From Armatimonadota bacterium (GTDB taxonomy: Bacteria; Armatimonadota; Zipacnadia; Zipacnadales; UBA5352), in NCBI GenBank assembly GCA_034722055.1, contig JAYENL010000091.1, positions 1-41,827 of the forward strand: a DNA stretch of 41,827 nucleotides, given 5' to 3'. Position numbers and translations under genes: made by a program. Shown here piece after piece: positions 19,579-28,682 of the stretch. The notes beneath the pieces were generated by a model. That model did no database searches. It saw only the letters and a program-made list of their open reading frames with translations, and was not told the DNA's origin. Each line of letters starts with the position of its first letter. The first letter of the stretch is position 1.

Positions 19579-20535
19579 TCAATGGCCCCTGTGGGAGAAG
19601 TCCTCAGTGCCGCCCCTCCGCATCCCCCGGGAAGAGCACCAGCCCGCCCATATCCCCCGTACCGTCGCCCACCACTGTCCCCACGCGGCGCCCGGGCGCC
19701 TGAGAAGCATACCCAGGAGCTTCACAAGCCCGAGGCGCTCAGCTTGACCGACGCCTATGGCATAGATCCAGAACGCGATCCGCCTCATCGGCGAGAGGTG
19801 CTTGAACAGAACGTAGGCCCAGTCGTGTGCGTGCAGGAATATGGTCTCCGGCTCCAGGTCCCCTCGTGGCCGTTGGCCCTCTCGTCTGGCGGGATAGTGA
19901 TGGACAGTTGCCAGCGGGTCATAGATGAGCTTCCCCTTGGCCCCTACCGTTAGAGACACGTCCGTGTCGTTGAGGAGGCCGGCTCGGATGTTGGTGTCAA
20001 ACTGTGGCATCACATGGCGGCGGAAGCTCATGTTGGCGCCCTTCAGGTGGTCTACCTCACGGGCCGCCTCGAATGCGGGCTGGTGGTGATTCCCGATCAA
20101 TCGGCCGTACCACGTGATCCGGCCAACCACCGGTGCAGGCTCCGCCCACACTTCGCCTCCGTGGTGCACGATATCGCGTCCCCCCACCCCGACCACCTCG
20201 GGCACCTGGTAGTGGCTCATGATCCTCTCGAGCCAGTGCCTGGTGGCTCGACAATCGTCATCGATGAAGCACACGACATCACCCCAGGCCACCGCCAGGC
20301 CGGCGTTCATGGCAGCCATCTGCCCCGGCTCAGACACCGCCACTGACTCCACCCGCTCAGCGCCCGCCGCTGATTCCTTCTGCCAGGCAGCCAGACGCGC
20401 CTGGGACTCCTGGTCGGTGTCACGCAGCACGATCACGACCTGGTCAGGGACCCTGGCCCCCGAAAACAGAGAGGCTACACACTCCAGAAGGTCATCCGGA
20501 CGCCTGAAGCTTGGCACAACAACCGTGCAAGTCAC
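19579..20535 (-). CDS. Glycosyltransferase family 2
   Basis: Motifs 'TVVVPSFRRPDDL', 'CFIDDD' and 'LKGANMSFRR'. GTG 20535 with GGAGG RBS. Visibly less GC-biased than its neighbours. Confidence 0.9.
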   Translation of the reverse strand: MTCTVVVPSFRRPDDLLECVASLFSGARVPDQVVIVLRDTDQESQARLAAWQKESAAGAERVESVAVSEPGQMAAMNAGLAVAWGDVVCFIDDDCRATRHWLERIMSHYQVPEVVGVGGRDIVHHGGEVWAEPAPVVGRITWYGRLIGNHHQPAFEAAREVDHLKGANMSFRRHVMPQFDTNIRAGLLNDTDVSLTVGAKGKLIYDPLATVHHYPARREGQRPRGDLEPETIFLHAHDWAYVLFKHLSPMRRIAFWIYAIGVGQAERLGLVKLLGMLLRRPGAAWGQWWATVRGIWAGWCSSRGMRRGGTEDFSHRGH

Positions 20536-20552
20536 GTTCCGGTCCTCCCCGC

Positions 20553-20696
20553 AGAAGGGGTGGTGCCGGTTGCGTCCAGTGAGCCGTGTCGCCTCACCGT
20601 ATTGCTGTGTTTCCCGAGCGCTCCGCCAGCACCTGCGCCTCCAGCAGCGTGTCGAGGATCTCCCCATCCAGCCGCTCGTCGCGCAAGTTGCCGTTG
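20553..20696 (-). pseudogene. IS3-family transposase C-terminal remnant (frameshifted)
   Basis: Minus-strand translation NGNLRDERLDGEILDTLLEAQVLAER, then after a frameshift KHSNTVRRHGSL. This matches the IS3 integrase-core tail NGKLRDE.LN.E.F.TL.EA....E.WR..YN..RPHSSL. Confidence 0.8.
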
Positions 20697-21178
20697 GTGG
20701 TGGCTCAGGGGAGCGTCCGGATGGTCCAGCGGCACAGCGGAAAGCCGTGCCCGCCGATTGCCGCGCTCGTGCAGCGGCCAACGCATGGCTTCGGCAGGTG
20801 ACCGCGGAACACACAGAGAAGTATTGGAGTCAGCCATCGTGGCGCGTTCTGGGGACTTCATCTCTCCAGGTCGGGTCTGTTGTTTCAGGTCGGCCCCTGC
20901 CGCCGGGCTGTTGGGACCCCTTAGGGTGGTGCTTCTGCTCGTCCCGGCCAGCGACAGGCGGAGTGTCAGGCGCGCTGGGTGCGGCCAGTCATCGAAACTG
21001 AGTCCACGAGACCGGGTTGCTCGCTCAGGTACGGTGCGAGGAGCTATCGGCGGCCCGGGCCGTAGCTTGCCTTGGCCTGCTGCCTTGGCAGCAGCAACCG
21101 TTGTTGGACAGGAGCCACAAGAGCCGGTCGTGCGCCACATATCTGGGGACGCCTGGGGTTACGGGTGTCCGGTAGAAA

Positions 21179-22696
21179 ATGGACGTGACACCGTTGCGGA
21201 GGATGTCCCTTTCGCGCTTCCTGCCCAGTGTCCTGCTGCCGCTGGGAGTGATCATCGGCGTTGGGCTCGCGCTGATCGGCCTCATCGGTGGCTTCGCTAC
21301 AGGCGTGATCGTGACCGTCGGCGCGGTCGTGACCGTCGCAGCCATGAGCTCTCTTGAGTTGGGTATACTGGCGCTCATCCTCGTGGCCGCCCTCGACGGC
21401 TTCCTGAAGGGGATCAGCCCCGGCTGGCACACGCAGCTCCTCAAGGACTACATCCTTGGCATCTGTCTGCTTCGCTGGGCGTGGCTGAGCGTGCTGGGAC
21501 GCCGCCGGGAGTCCGCGAAGCATCCGCTGAGCATCCCCATTCTGCTGTTCATCGCCTGGGTCACCGTGCAGCTTTTCAACGACCGCAACACCTCGGTGCT
21601 GATGGCAATCGCCGGATACCGCATGTGGATCATCTGGCTGCCGATCTTCTTCATCGCTTACGACTGCATCAGGAGCCGGGTGCAGATCCGCCGGCTGGTA
21701 GCCTTCTTGTTCCTGCTCATGGCGCCGCTGGCAGCCTATTCGGTCTTCCAATACCAGTTCGGCCTTGAGCACCTCACCAGACTGGGGCCGGGCTTTCAGC
21801 CCCTCTTCAGGCAGCAGTACGCCGTCCTCGGCGGCGAGGGCGAGCTGCAGCTCCGACCCTCCTCCACCATGGTGTCGCCTCATTCCTTCGCCGGGACTGC
21901 GGTCAATGTGCTGCTGATCGGGATCGGGGCTATAGCCTACGTCCACCAGAGGCGCAGCCTGCAGGTCTTCGTTATCTGCGCCATGCCCGTCATCGCCGTC
22001 GGTCTGCTGGTCGCGGCCGTGAGGAACGCCTTCGCCTCGGCGCTTGTGGGCGGTGTGGCGCTGATGCTGCTCGTGCGGAGACCGGGGCTGGTCGTGCTGC
22101 TGGCGCTGGTATCCATCCTCGCAGCGGTGGCCGTGAACGAGATAACTGCAGGAGCGCCCATGCACCGACTCCGTACCATCATCACCGATCCGCAGCAGAC
22201 CTACCGCCGCATCGCTGTCCCCTGGAAGACCGCAATGAAGTGGGGCTTCTCTCACCCACTCGGTGCGGGCATCGCCAGCGGGGTCGGACGAGGCCGATTG
22301 CTCTACGGCGCTGCAGGGCCGGCCGCTCACCGCCCCGAGCACCGGGTGCCCTGGGCCGAGAACGAGTACGCCAGATCGCTCATCGAGCTGGGCGTGCCGG
22401 GGTTCGCGCTCTTCATGTGGATACTGACATCTGTTGTCCGGCATGTGCTGGGCTCCTACGCGGAGCTTCGCGAATCAAGGGACCGATGGCTGGTGTCCGG
22501 CGTCTTCGCCATGGTGGTGTCCGTGCTCGTCCGGCTCCTGGTCGGATCAGCGCTCTACGGCTGGCCGGGCGCGATCATATTCTGGACCTTCGTCGCCATT
22601 GCGGTGCGGCTGCCGCACATCGCCGAGCAGGAGCAGGCGCAGACGGCTGCGCCCCTGCGGGAGGGGGCCGCCCAGGGTGCCCGGGGAAGCAGGTGA
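21179..22696 (+). CDS. O-antigen ligase/polymerase (Wzy_C-like) membrane protein
   Basis: Many TM helices, with 'RPSSTMVSPHSFAG', 'HPLGAGIASG' and 'ENEYARSLIELGVPGF'. Lies in a glycosyltransferase cluster. Start could be 21203. Confidence 0.75.
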   Translation: MDVTPLRRMSLSRFLPSVLLPLGVIIGVGLALIGLIGGFATGVIVTVGAVVTVAAMSSLELGILALILVAALDGFLKGISPGWHTQLLKDYILGICLLRWAWLSVLGRRRESAKHPLSIPILLFIAWVTVQLFNDRNTSVLMAIAGYRMWIIWLPIFFIAYDCIRSRVQIRRLVAFLFLLMAPLAAYSVFQYQFGLEHLTRLGPGFQPLFRQQYAVLGGEGELQLRPSSTMVSPHSFAGTAVNVLLIGIGAIAYVHQRRSLQVFVICAMPVIAVGLLVAAVRNAFASALVGGVALMLLVRRPGLVVLLALVSILAAVAVNEITAGAPMHRLRTIITDPQQTYRRIAVPWKTAMKWGFSHPLGAGIASGVGRGRLLYGAAGPAAHRPEHRVPWAENEYARSLIELGVPGFALFMWILTSVVRHVLGSYAELRESRDRWLVSGVFAMVVSVLVRLLVGSALYGWPGAIIFWTFVAIAVRLPHIAEQEQAQTAAPLREGAAQGARGSR

Positions 22697-23909
22697 CCGC
22701 CAGGCTCCGTCGCATGACGAACCGGCCGTCTCCGCCCACAGCCCCGGCCGATCTCTGCGAATCGCGCTGCTCGCCGAGGATGTGGGCCGCGGCGGCGGAC
22801 AGGAGCGGGTTGTGGCGGAGCTGACGCCCCGGCTCGCCGCGCGCCACGACGTGCATCTGTTCTGCCTCTCCGTCCGCGATGTAGACCTCTCCGGCGTCAC
22901 CATCCACCGGCTCGGGGACCTGTCGCTCCCCATGGGGCTCCGCGCGCTGTGGTTCCTGCTCGTGTCCTCGCTCGTCGTCCGCCCGGGCCGTTACGACGTC
23001 GTCCTCTCGCAGGGCGGCAACAGCCTCGTCTCCAACTTCATGCTCGCCCACACCACCCACTGCCAGCGGAGGCGAATGCGGCTGCAGCGCCAGTGGCTCC
23101 TCGGCCGCACACCTCTGTGGCGACGGGCCTGGGAGGCCCTCCGGGACAGGCTCTTCATCGCCATGGAGGGGCGTGCGGCGCGCCGCTGCCGGGGCCGCGT
23201 CATCGCCATATCCCGGAGCGTCTGCGACTACTTCGTGCGCCAGTGGGGCCTGGCACCTGACGAGGTGCACATCGCCCGCAACGGCGTGGATCACGGCGTC
23301 TTCCGGCCGGACCTGCGCGATGAGGCCCGGCCGCGAATCAGGTCCCAGCTCGACCTGGCCGAGGACGAGTTCGTGGCACTGTTTGTGGGCGGGCGCTGGG
23401 TGGACAAGGGCGTTCCGGAGATCATCGCCGCGCTGCCCCGGACCAGAACCCGGCCCCGGCTGGTCGTGGTGGGCAGCGGCGACAGGGCGCGCTTTGCGCG
23501 CGTGGCCCAGGGGCTCGGCGTCGCCCACCGGGTGACCTTCGTGGGACACGTGGACAGGCCACAGGACTACTTCGCCATGGCCGACTGCCTGGTGCACCCC
23601 AATCCCATCGAGCCCTTCGGGCTGGTGATTCTGGAGGCCGCCGCCTGCGGCCTGCCCCTGCTGGCCGCCCGCTCGGGGGCCGCGCTGGACCTCATTGAGG
23701 AGGGAGTGACGGGCTACTTCGTGGAGCGCGAGCCCGACGCCATCGCCGCCGGCCTGGACCGGTTGGCCGCCCCCGAGCTGCGGGCAGCCATGCGCGACGC
23801 GGTGCACCAGCGATCGCTGGAGTTCTCGTGGGATCGCCAGGCGGACGAGATCGAGCGGCTCTTCCTGCGGCTGGCGGAGCCGGCGGGGGCGAGGGAGGGC
23901 GCGCGGTGA
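22677..23909 (+). CDS. Glycosyltransferase family 4
   Basis: Motifs 'RIALL..DVGRGGGQER', 'RNGVD', 'KGV' and 'EPFGLVILEAAACGLP'. In-frame GTG 22677 after GGGAGG. Confidence 0.9.
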   Translation: MPGEAGDRQAPSHDEPAVSAHSPGRSLRIALLAEDVGRGGGQERVVAELTPRLAARHDVHLFCLSVRDVDLSGVTIHRLGDLSLPMGLRALWFLLVSSLVVRPGRYDVVLSQGGNSLVSNFMLAHTTHCQRRRMRLQRQWLLGRTPLWRRAWEALRDRLFIAMEGRAARRCRGRVIAISRSVCDYFVRQWGLAPDEVHIARNGVDHGVFRPDLRDEARPRIRSQLDLAEDEFVALFVGGRWVDKGVPEIIAALPRTRTRPRLVVVGSGDRARFARVAQGLGVAHRVTFVGHVDRPQDYFAMADCLVHPNPIEPFGLVILEAAACGLPLLAARSGAALDLIEEGVTGYFVEREPDAIAAGLDRLAAPELRAAMRDAVHQRSLEFSWDRQADEIERLFLRLAEPAGAREGAR

Positions 23910-25033
23910 GGGTGGCCGTCGTGAGCCACGCCTGCGTGGTGGAGACCAACCAGCGGCTCTTCGACGAGCTCTGCGGCCGGGGGGACGTGGAGCTGCTCAT
24001 GATCGCGCCGCGCAGATGGCGGGCCTCCACGGGTGTGGTGGTGGACTACCAGCCCCTCCCCGGCGCCAGCTTCCAGTCCAGGCCGCTGCCGGTCATCGGC
24101 TCGGGCCAGATCAGCCTCCACCTGTATCGCGGGCTGGCCAGCGCGCTGCGCCGCTTCAAGCCCGACATCGTCTACCTCGACGAGGAGCCCTACAGCCTCG
24201 CGGCGTGGCAGGTCCTCCGCATCTGCCAGCCGGGCGGCTATCCCCTGTGCTTCGCCACTGAGCAGAACCTGATGAAGCGCTTCCCGTGGCCGTTCTCCCG
24301 CCTCGAGCGGCGCACCTTGGACTATGCCGGCCTGGCACTGCCGTCCTCGCCTGCGGCCGCTGACGTGCTCCGCGCCAAGCACTTCGACGGAGAGATCGTG
24401 GTCATCCCCCACTCCGTGGACACCGCGGCCTTCCGGCCCATGGACGCCTCTGACCTGCGCGTGGAGCTGGGTGTGACCAGCCCCGTCATCGGCTACCTGG
24501 GCCGGCTGGCCGAGGAGAAGGGCCTGGAGGATCTCACCCGCGCGGCGGAGATGCTCTGGGAGCGGGGCGTGGACGCCAGCGTGCTCATAGTCGGGGGCGG
24601 CCGCATGGCCGACGGACTCCGAGCATGGTGCCGCCGGTGGCCGGAGGGTCGCGCGGCCCTCACCGGGCCGGTCCCGCACAGCGCCGCGCCGCAGTACATC
24701 AACGTCTTCGATGTCATGGCGCTGCCCTCCCGGACGATGCCCAACATGAGGGAGCAGTTCGGTCGCGTGCTTCTGGAGGCCGCCGCCTGCGAAGTGCCGG
24801 TTGTCGGCTCCCACTCCGGGAATATCCCGAGACTCATCGAGGAGCTCGGCTCGGGGGTGCTGTTCCGAGAGTGGGACCCCGCGGCCCTGGCGGACGCCCT
24901 CCAGGAGCTCATCGAGGACCCCGACCAGCGGGCGCGCCTCGGTCGGCGGGGGCGGCGCAATGCGGAGCGGCTCTACGGCCTGCGGACCGTCGCCGACCGC
25001 CTCTACGAGGCGCTGTCGGCCGTCCTCGACTGA
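23906..25033 (+). CDS. Glycosyltransferase family 4
   Basis: Motifs 'RVAVVSHAC', 'EEPYSL', 'GRLAEEKG' and 'EQFGRVLLEAAACEVPVVGS'. GTGA overlap with the previous gene. Confidence 0.92.
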   Translation: MRVAVVSHACVVETNQRLFDELCGRGDVELLMIAPRRWRASTGVVVDYQPLPGASFQSRPLPVIGSGQISLHLYRGLASALRRFKPDIVYLDEEPYSLAAWQVLRICQPGGYPLCFATEQNLMKRFPWPFSRLERRTLDYAGLALPSSPAAADVLRAKHFDGEIVVIPHSVDTAAFRPMDASDLRVELGVTSPVIGYLGRLAEEKGLEDLTRAAEMLWERGVDASVLIVGGGRMADGLRAWCRRWPEGRAALTGPVPHSAAPQYINVFDVMALPSRTMPNMREQFGRVLLEAAACEVPVVGSHSGNIPRLIEELGSGVLFREWDPAALADALQELIEDPDQRARLGRRGRRNAERLYGLRTVADRLYEALSAVLD

Positions 25034-25890
25034 GCCCGAAGGCGTACCACCATGCCCCGGCCGGCCGATACCAGTGCCGGGTGGAAGACGAAGACCGCCA
25101 GCGCCAGCCCCAGCAGCAGCCCGTGCCGGTACGTCCACCATACGTGCTCGGCGATCAGGCGCCACGGCTCGGGAGCCCGGCCTCCCAACCCGCGCACCAG
25201 TGCCGCCGCCTCCAGCCGCTCCTGCAGCTCTCCAGCCGTCTCCAGGACGCGCAGGGCGCTGGCCTCTGCGCCCTCGGTGTCGCCGTCCGCCTTCAGCACC
25301 CGCGCCAGGGCCAGGTGGGCCCGCGACCACCCCGGAGCGATCTCCGCGGCGCGCCGAAGATACACCTTCGCCGCCTCCAGGTCGCCCTCGCTCCGGAAGC
25401 TCTCCCCGGCCAGCAGGCTCGCGCAGGCGGCGTCGTGGCGGAGGACGAGACGAAGCAGCTCCACCCGCCGCTCACCGGGGGCCATCGAGCGGGTGCGCAG
25501 GTCCGTGCGCAGGCACCACAGGTCCAGCCGCTCGGGCGCCGCCTGCACCGCCTCGGTCAGCAGGTCCACGGCCATCTCCAGCGCTCCCTCACGCTCCGCA
25601 AGCGTCGCCGAGTCCCGCAGCGCATCGGCGAGCTCCCAGCGCGCCGCCCGCCGCGCGGCCGCTCCGGCTCCCTCTGCCCGCAGCCGCCACACGCGCTCCC
25701 GCAGGGCCTCGGCCCGTTGCAGGTGCAGGCTTATGGCGATGCCCTCCAGCCTCGCCACCGCGGCCCCCCGCGCCAGGCCGGCCACCGTCTCGGGGCCGTC
25801 GAAGCCCACGCTCCAGGAGTAGGCCACCAGCCACAGCAGCGCGCACACGACGATCGCCAGCGCGGTCAGCCACGGCCTCACCACCGCCAT
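25003..25890 (-). CDS. Hypothetical membrane-anchored TPR-like protein
   Basis: N- and C-terminal hydrophobic helices flank helical repeats ('AKVYLRRAAEIAPGWSRAHLALARVL'). TGATG coupling to the upstream dehydrogenase. Confidence 0.6.
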   Translation of the reverse strand: MAVVRPWLTALAIVVCALLWLVAYSWSVGFDGPETVAGLARGAAVARLEGIAISLHLQRAEALRERVWRLRAEGAGAAARRAARWELADALRDSATLAEREGALEMAVDLLTEAVQAAPERLDLWCLRTDLRTRSMAPGERRVELLRLVLRHDAACASLLAGESFRSEGDLEAAKVYLRRAAEIAPGWSRAHLALARVLKADGDTEGAEASALRVLETAGELQERLEAAALVRGLGGRAPEPWRLIAEHVWWTYRHGLLLGLALAVFVFHPALVSAGRGMVVRLRAQSRTADSAS

Positions 25891-26900
25891 CACCTCAGGC
25901 CGATCATGACCACGACCTTGATGCAGCTCTCGGGCTGATCCACGCACAGCTCAAAGCCGCTGTGGATCTCCTCCAGCGGCACGCGGTGGGTGATCATCGG
26001 CAGGGGGTCGATGAGGCCCGCGCGCTGCAGGCGCAGGCACTCGGCGTAGTCCTCCAGGTGCAGGTACCAGCTTCCGCCCAGCGTCGCATCGCGGCTGATG
26101 ATGTGCCGCCAGGGGCTGAAGGTCATCTGCATGTTCGCGCCCACGCACATCCCGGTCCCGCCGGGGCGGAGGCACTCGAGCGCCGTCACTGCTGCGCCCT
26201 CGGCGCCGGTGCAGTCGAAGGCCACATCCGCCCCGACGCCGGTCCACTCCATCGCGCAGGATACCGCGTCCTCCCCGGTGGCCGGGCAGCCCACCTCGGC
26301 GCCGAAGCGCCGCGCGGCTTCAGTTCGCGGCTCCACAGGGTCTACGGCCATCACTCGCGCCTTCCGAGCCACGGCCGCCTGCACCGTCCCCAGACCGATG
26401 GGCCCGCAGCCGAGCACCACCACCGTGTCACCCTCCTCCACGTCGGCGATGCGCACGGCCTTCACGGGCGTGCCCATGACATCAGTCATCAGGCAGGCCC
26501 GCTCCCAGTCCAGCCAGTCAGGGACGGGCAGGAGATTGCGCTCCGGTGCCACCAGCAGCTCGCCGTAGCCGCCGTTGACCGATCCCCGCGGCTCCCGGCA
26601 GTAGGTGAAGCGGCCCTGGCGGCAGTAACCGCAGTGGCCGCAGCCGATCAGGTTGTAGACCGCCACCCTGTCCCCCTCTCCAACGCCGGTCACCGACTCC
26701 CCGACCGCTACCACCTCACCGACGGCCTCGTGGCCCATGATGCCCTCAGTGGGCTCCTCGGCCACGAAGAAGCGCTTGTCAGTGCCGCAGATGCCGCTGA
26801 CCATGACCCGCACAAGGCAGTCATCGGGAGCGGCGATCGCCGGGTCCGGCACGTCCTCGACACTCACCTGTCGCCCGCCGTGGAACAGCGCCGCCTTCAC
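25890..26900 (-). CDS. Zinc-dependent medium-chain alcohol/sugar dehydrogenase
   Basis: Motifs 'SGICGTD', 'GHEAVG', 'CGHCGYC..GRFTYC' and 'GCGPIG'. Start placed at GTG 26900. Confidence 0.92.
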   Translation of the reverse strand: MKAALFHGGRQVSVEDVPDPAIAAPDDCLVRVMVSGICGTDKRFFVAEEPTEGIMGHEAVGEVVAVGESVTGVGEGDRVAVYNLIGCGHCGYCRQGRFTYCREPRGSVNGGYGELLVAPERNLLPVPDWLDWERACLMTDVMGTPVKAVRIADVEEGDTVVVLGCGPIGLGTVQAAVARKARVMAVDPVEPRTEAARRFGAEVGCPATGEDAVSCAMEWTGVGADVAFDCTGAEGAAVTALECLRPGGTGMCVGANMQMTFSPWRHIISRDATLGGSWYLHLEDYAECLRLQRAGLIDPLPMITHRVPLEEIHSGFELCVDQPESCIKVVVMIGLR

Positions 26901-26948
26901 CGCTGACACATCCTCACGCTGCCCAGCTCTCTGCACTCGGCGGCGTCT

Positions 26949-27749
26949 CTACTGCAGCTCCCCGCGCCGCCAGGCCTGCAGGTATCCCGCGCACCACTCG
27001 TCGCGCCCGGCCAGCGCCTCCGCCGCATACACGGTGCTCCGGACACCGGCGTCCAGGGGATCGAGGATGGCCGAGTCCAGGCCGCTGATGGTGGCCTGCG
27101 CCAGGAATATGCGGTTGAGCAGCCTCCGGCGCGGCAGCCCGTAGGAGACGTTGCTGACCCCGCAGATGAGGTGGCAGTCAGGGCACCGGGAGGCGATCTC
27201 TCGCATGGCCTCACAGGCCACGCGAGCCCCGCCGGGATCGACGCTCAGGGGCGTGACTACCGGGTCCACAAAGATGTGCGCGCAGGTCACGCCCGCCGCC
27301 TCGAGGGCGTCCAGCAGCCGCATGGCGACATCCACGCGGCCCTCGGCCGTGGCGGGCACCCCGTCATTGCCCATGGTCAGCGCGATGACTCGCACCTCGC
27401 GCTCGCGGATGAGCGGCACGAAGTGCTCCAGGCGCTCATTCTCCAGGGTGATGGAGTTGAGGATGGCGCGCTCCCGGCCCGGCCAGGCGTCGAGGCCGGC
27501 CGCCATTGCGTCGGGGTTCGCCGTATCGACAGCGATGGGCGTGTCCACTGCGCGGGCCACCACCTCGACCAGCCAGCGCATATGCTCCGCCTCACGCCGG
27601 CCCACCATGCCGACATTGCAGTCGAGGTAGTCAGCCCCCGCCTCGCTCTGGCTTACTGCCAGCTCCGCGATGGCCTCCTCGTCGCGAGAGAGGATGGCCT
27701 GCTGCACCGGCTCCCGCGACCCGTTGATCAGCTCCCCGACCACGATCAT
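26949..27749 (-). CDS. Methyltetrahydrofolate:corrinoid methyltransferase (AcsE-like, pterin-binding)
   Basis: Motifs 'IVVGELINGSR', 'GADYLDCNVG', 'AVDTANP', 'ILNSI', 'FVDP', 'GVSNVSYGLPRRRLLN' and 'GLDSAILDPLD'. Confidence 0.88.
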   Translation of the reverse strand: MIVVGELINGSREPVQQAILSRDEEAIAELAVSQSEAGADYLDCNVGMVGRREAEHMRWLVEVVARAVDTPIAVDTANPDAMAAGLDAWPGRERAILNSITLENERLEHFVPLIREREVRVIALTMGNDGVPATAEGRVDVAMRLLDALEAAGVTCAHIFVDPVVTPLSVDPGGARVACEAMREIASRCPDCHLICGVSNVSYGLPRRRLLNRIFLAQATISGLDSAILDPLDAGVRSTVYAAEALAGRDEWCAGYLQAWRRGELQ

Positions 27750-27752
27750 GCG

Positions 27753-28682
27753 TCACTCACTCTTCCCGCCGCGCTCCCCGCCGTGCACCAGCGCCGTGAG
27801 TATGCGGCACAGCGGCGCCGCCACGCCGCGGGCATCACCTCGCCGAGCTATCTCCCCGTTGATGACATCAATCTCCGTGCGCCGCCCCGCACTGATGTCC
27901 TGCAGCATCGAGGATCGATTCCGGCCGGTCCGCTCGCAGATCTCCTCCACGAGTTGGACGATGTCCTCGCGCACGAACACGCCCTCCGCGCGGGCCACCG
28001 CCGCCGCCTCGCGCACCACGGCCCGGACCTGCTCCCGCAGCTCGGGAATCTCCACCAGCATGCCGTTCCGCAGCCCGGTCAGGGCGGTGAGGGGATTGAC
28101 GGCCGCGTTCACGATGGCCTTCGCCCACAACACCTCGTCCACCGACGGCGTCGCCTCGCAGTCCAGGCCCGCCCGCTCGAACAGCGCCACCGCCTCGCGC
28201 GTCCGCCGACTGTTGCCCGTCGGCGAACCGAGCTGAACGAACCCCCGTCCCGCCTCCCGCACATGGCCGTCACCCAGCAGTGTCGCCCCGGTCGTCGTGG
28301 TGCCAGCCAGCACGCGCGCGGGCCGAACCAGCTCGGCGAGCAGCTCGTGGTTCCCCAGCCCGTTCTGCAGCGTCAGGACGCTGGCCGCGTCGCCGATGGC
28401 CGGCAGCGCCCGCCGCGTGGCCTCCTCGGTGTCATACGCCTTCACGAACACGATCGCCAGGTCCGACGCCCGCAGGTCAGCGGGATCGGCGCTGCACGTC
28501 ATGGGCACGGTCCGCTCCTGGCCGTCCCGCTCGACGATGATGCCTCGCTCCTCGATCAGCGCCGCCCGCTCGGCCCTGTGGTCCAGCAGCCCCACGCTGA
28601 CGCCGGCCTCACGTAGCAGCGCTGCGTGCAGGCAGCCCATGGCGCCGGGCCCGATGACCACCACCTCCACCGGCTCGCTCAC
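27753..28682 (-). CDS. panE: 2-dehydropantoate 2-reductase
   Basis: Motifs 'IGPGAMG', 'VKAYDT', 'LQNGLG', 'WAKAIVNAAVNPLTAL' and 'NRSSMLQD..GRRTEIDVING'. Confidence 0.93.
   Translation of the reverse strand: MSEPVEVVVIGPGAMGCLHAALLREAGVSVGLLDHRAERAALIEERGIIVERDGQERTVPMTCSADPADLRASDLAIVFVKAYDTEEATRRALPAIGDAASVLTLQNGLGNHELLAELVRPARVLAGTTTTGATLLGDGHVREAGRGFVQLGSPTGNSRRTREAVALFERAGLDCEATPSVDEVLWAKAIVNAAVNPLTALTGLRNGMLVEIPELREQVRAVVREAAAVARAEGVFVREDIVQLVEEICERTGRNRSSMLQDISAGRRTEIDVINGEIARRGDARGVAAPLCRILTALVHGGERGGKSE

Noticed and set aside
20219..21357. ORFs of 200-265 aa spanning the GT2-Wzy gap
   Set aside because: Low-complexity Arg/Ala/Pro translations with no family motifs. Only the IS3 fragment is recognisable.
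22693..22760. Apparent frameshift at the start of the first GT4 (the GTGA-coupled start is out of frame)
   Set aside because: An in-frame GTG at 22677 with a good RBS explains the gene without a frameshift.
26949..27749. Wood-Ljungdahl pathway inferred from the AcsE-like gene
   Set aside because: No acsA/B/C/D is in the window, and stand-alone AcsE/MetH pterin-binding domains serve other methyl transfers.
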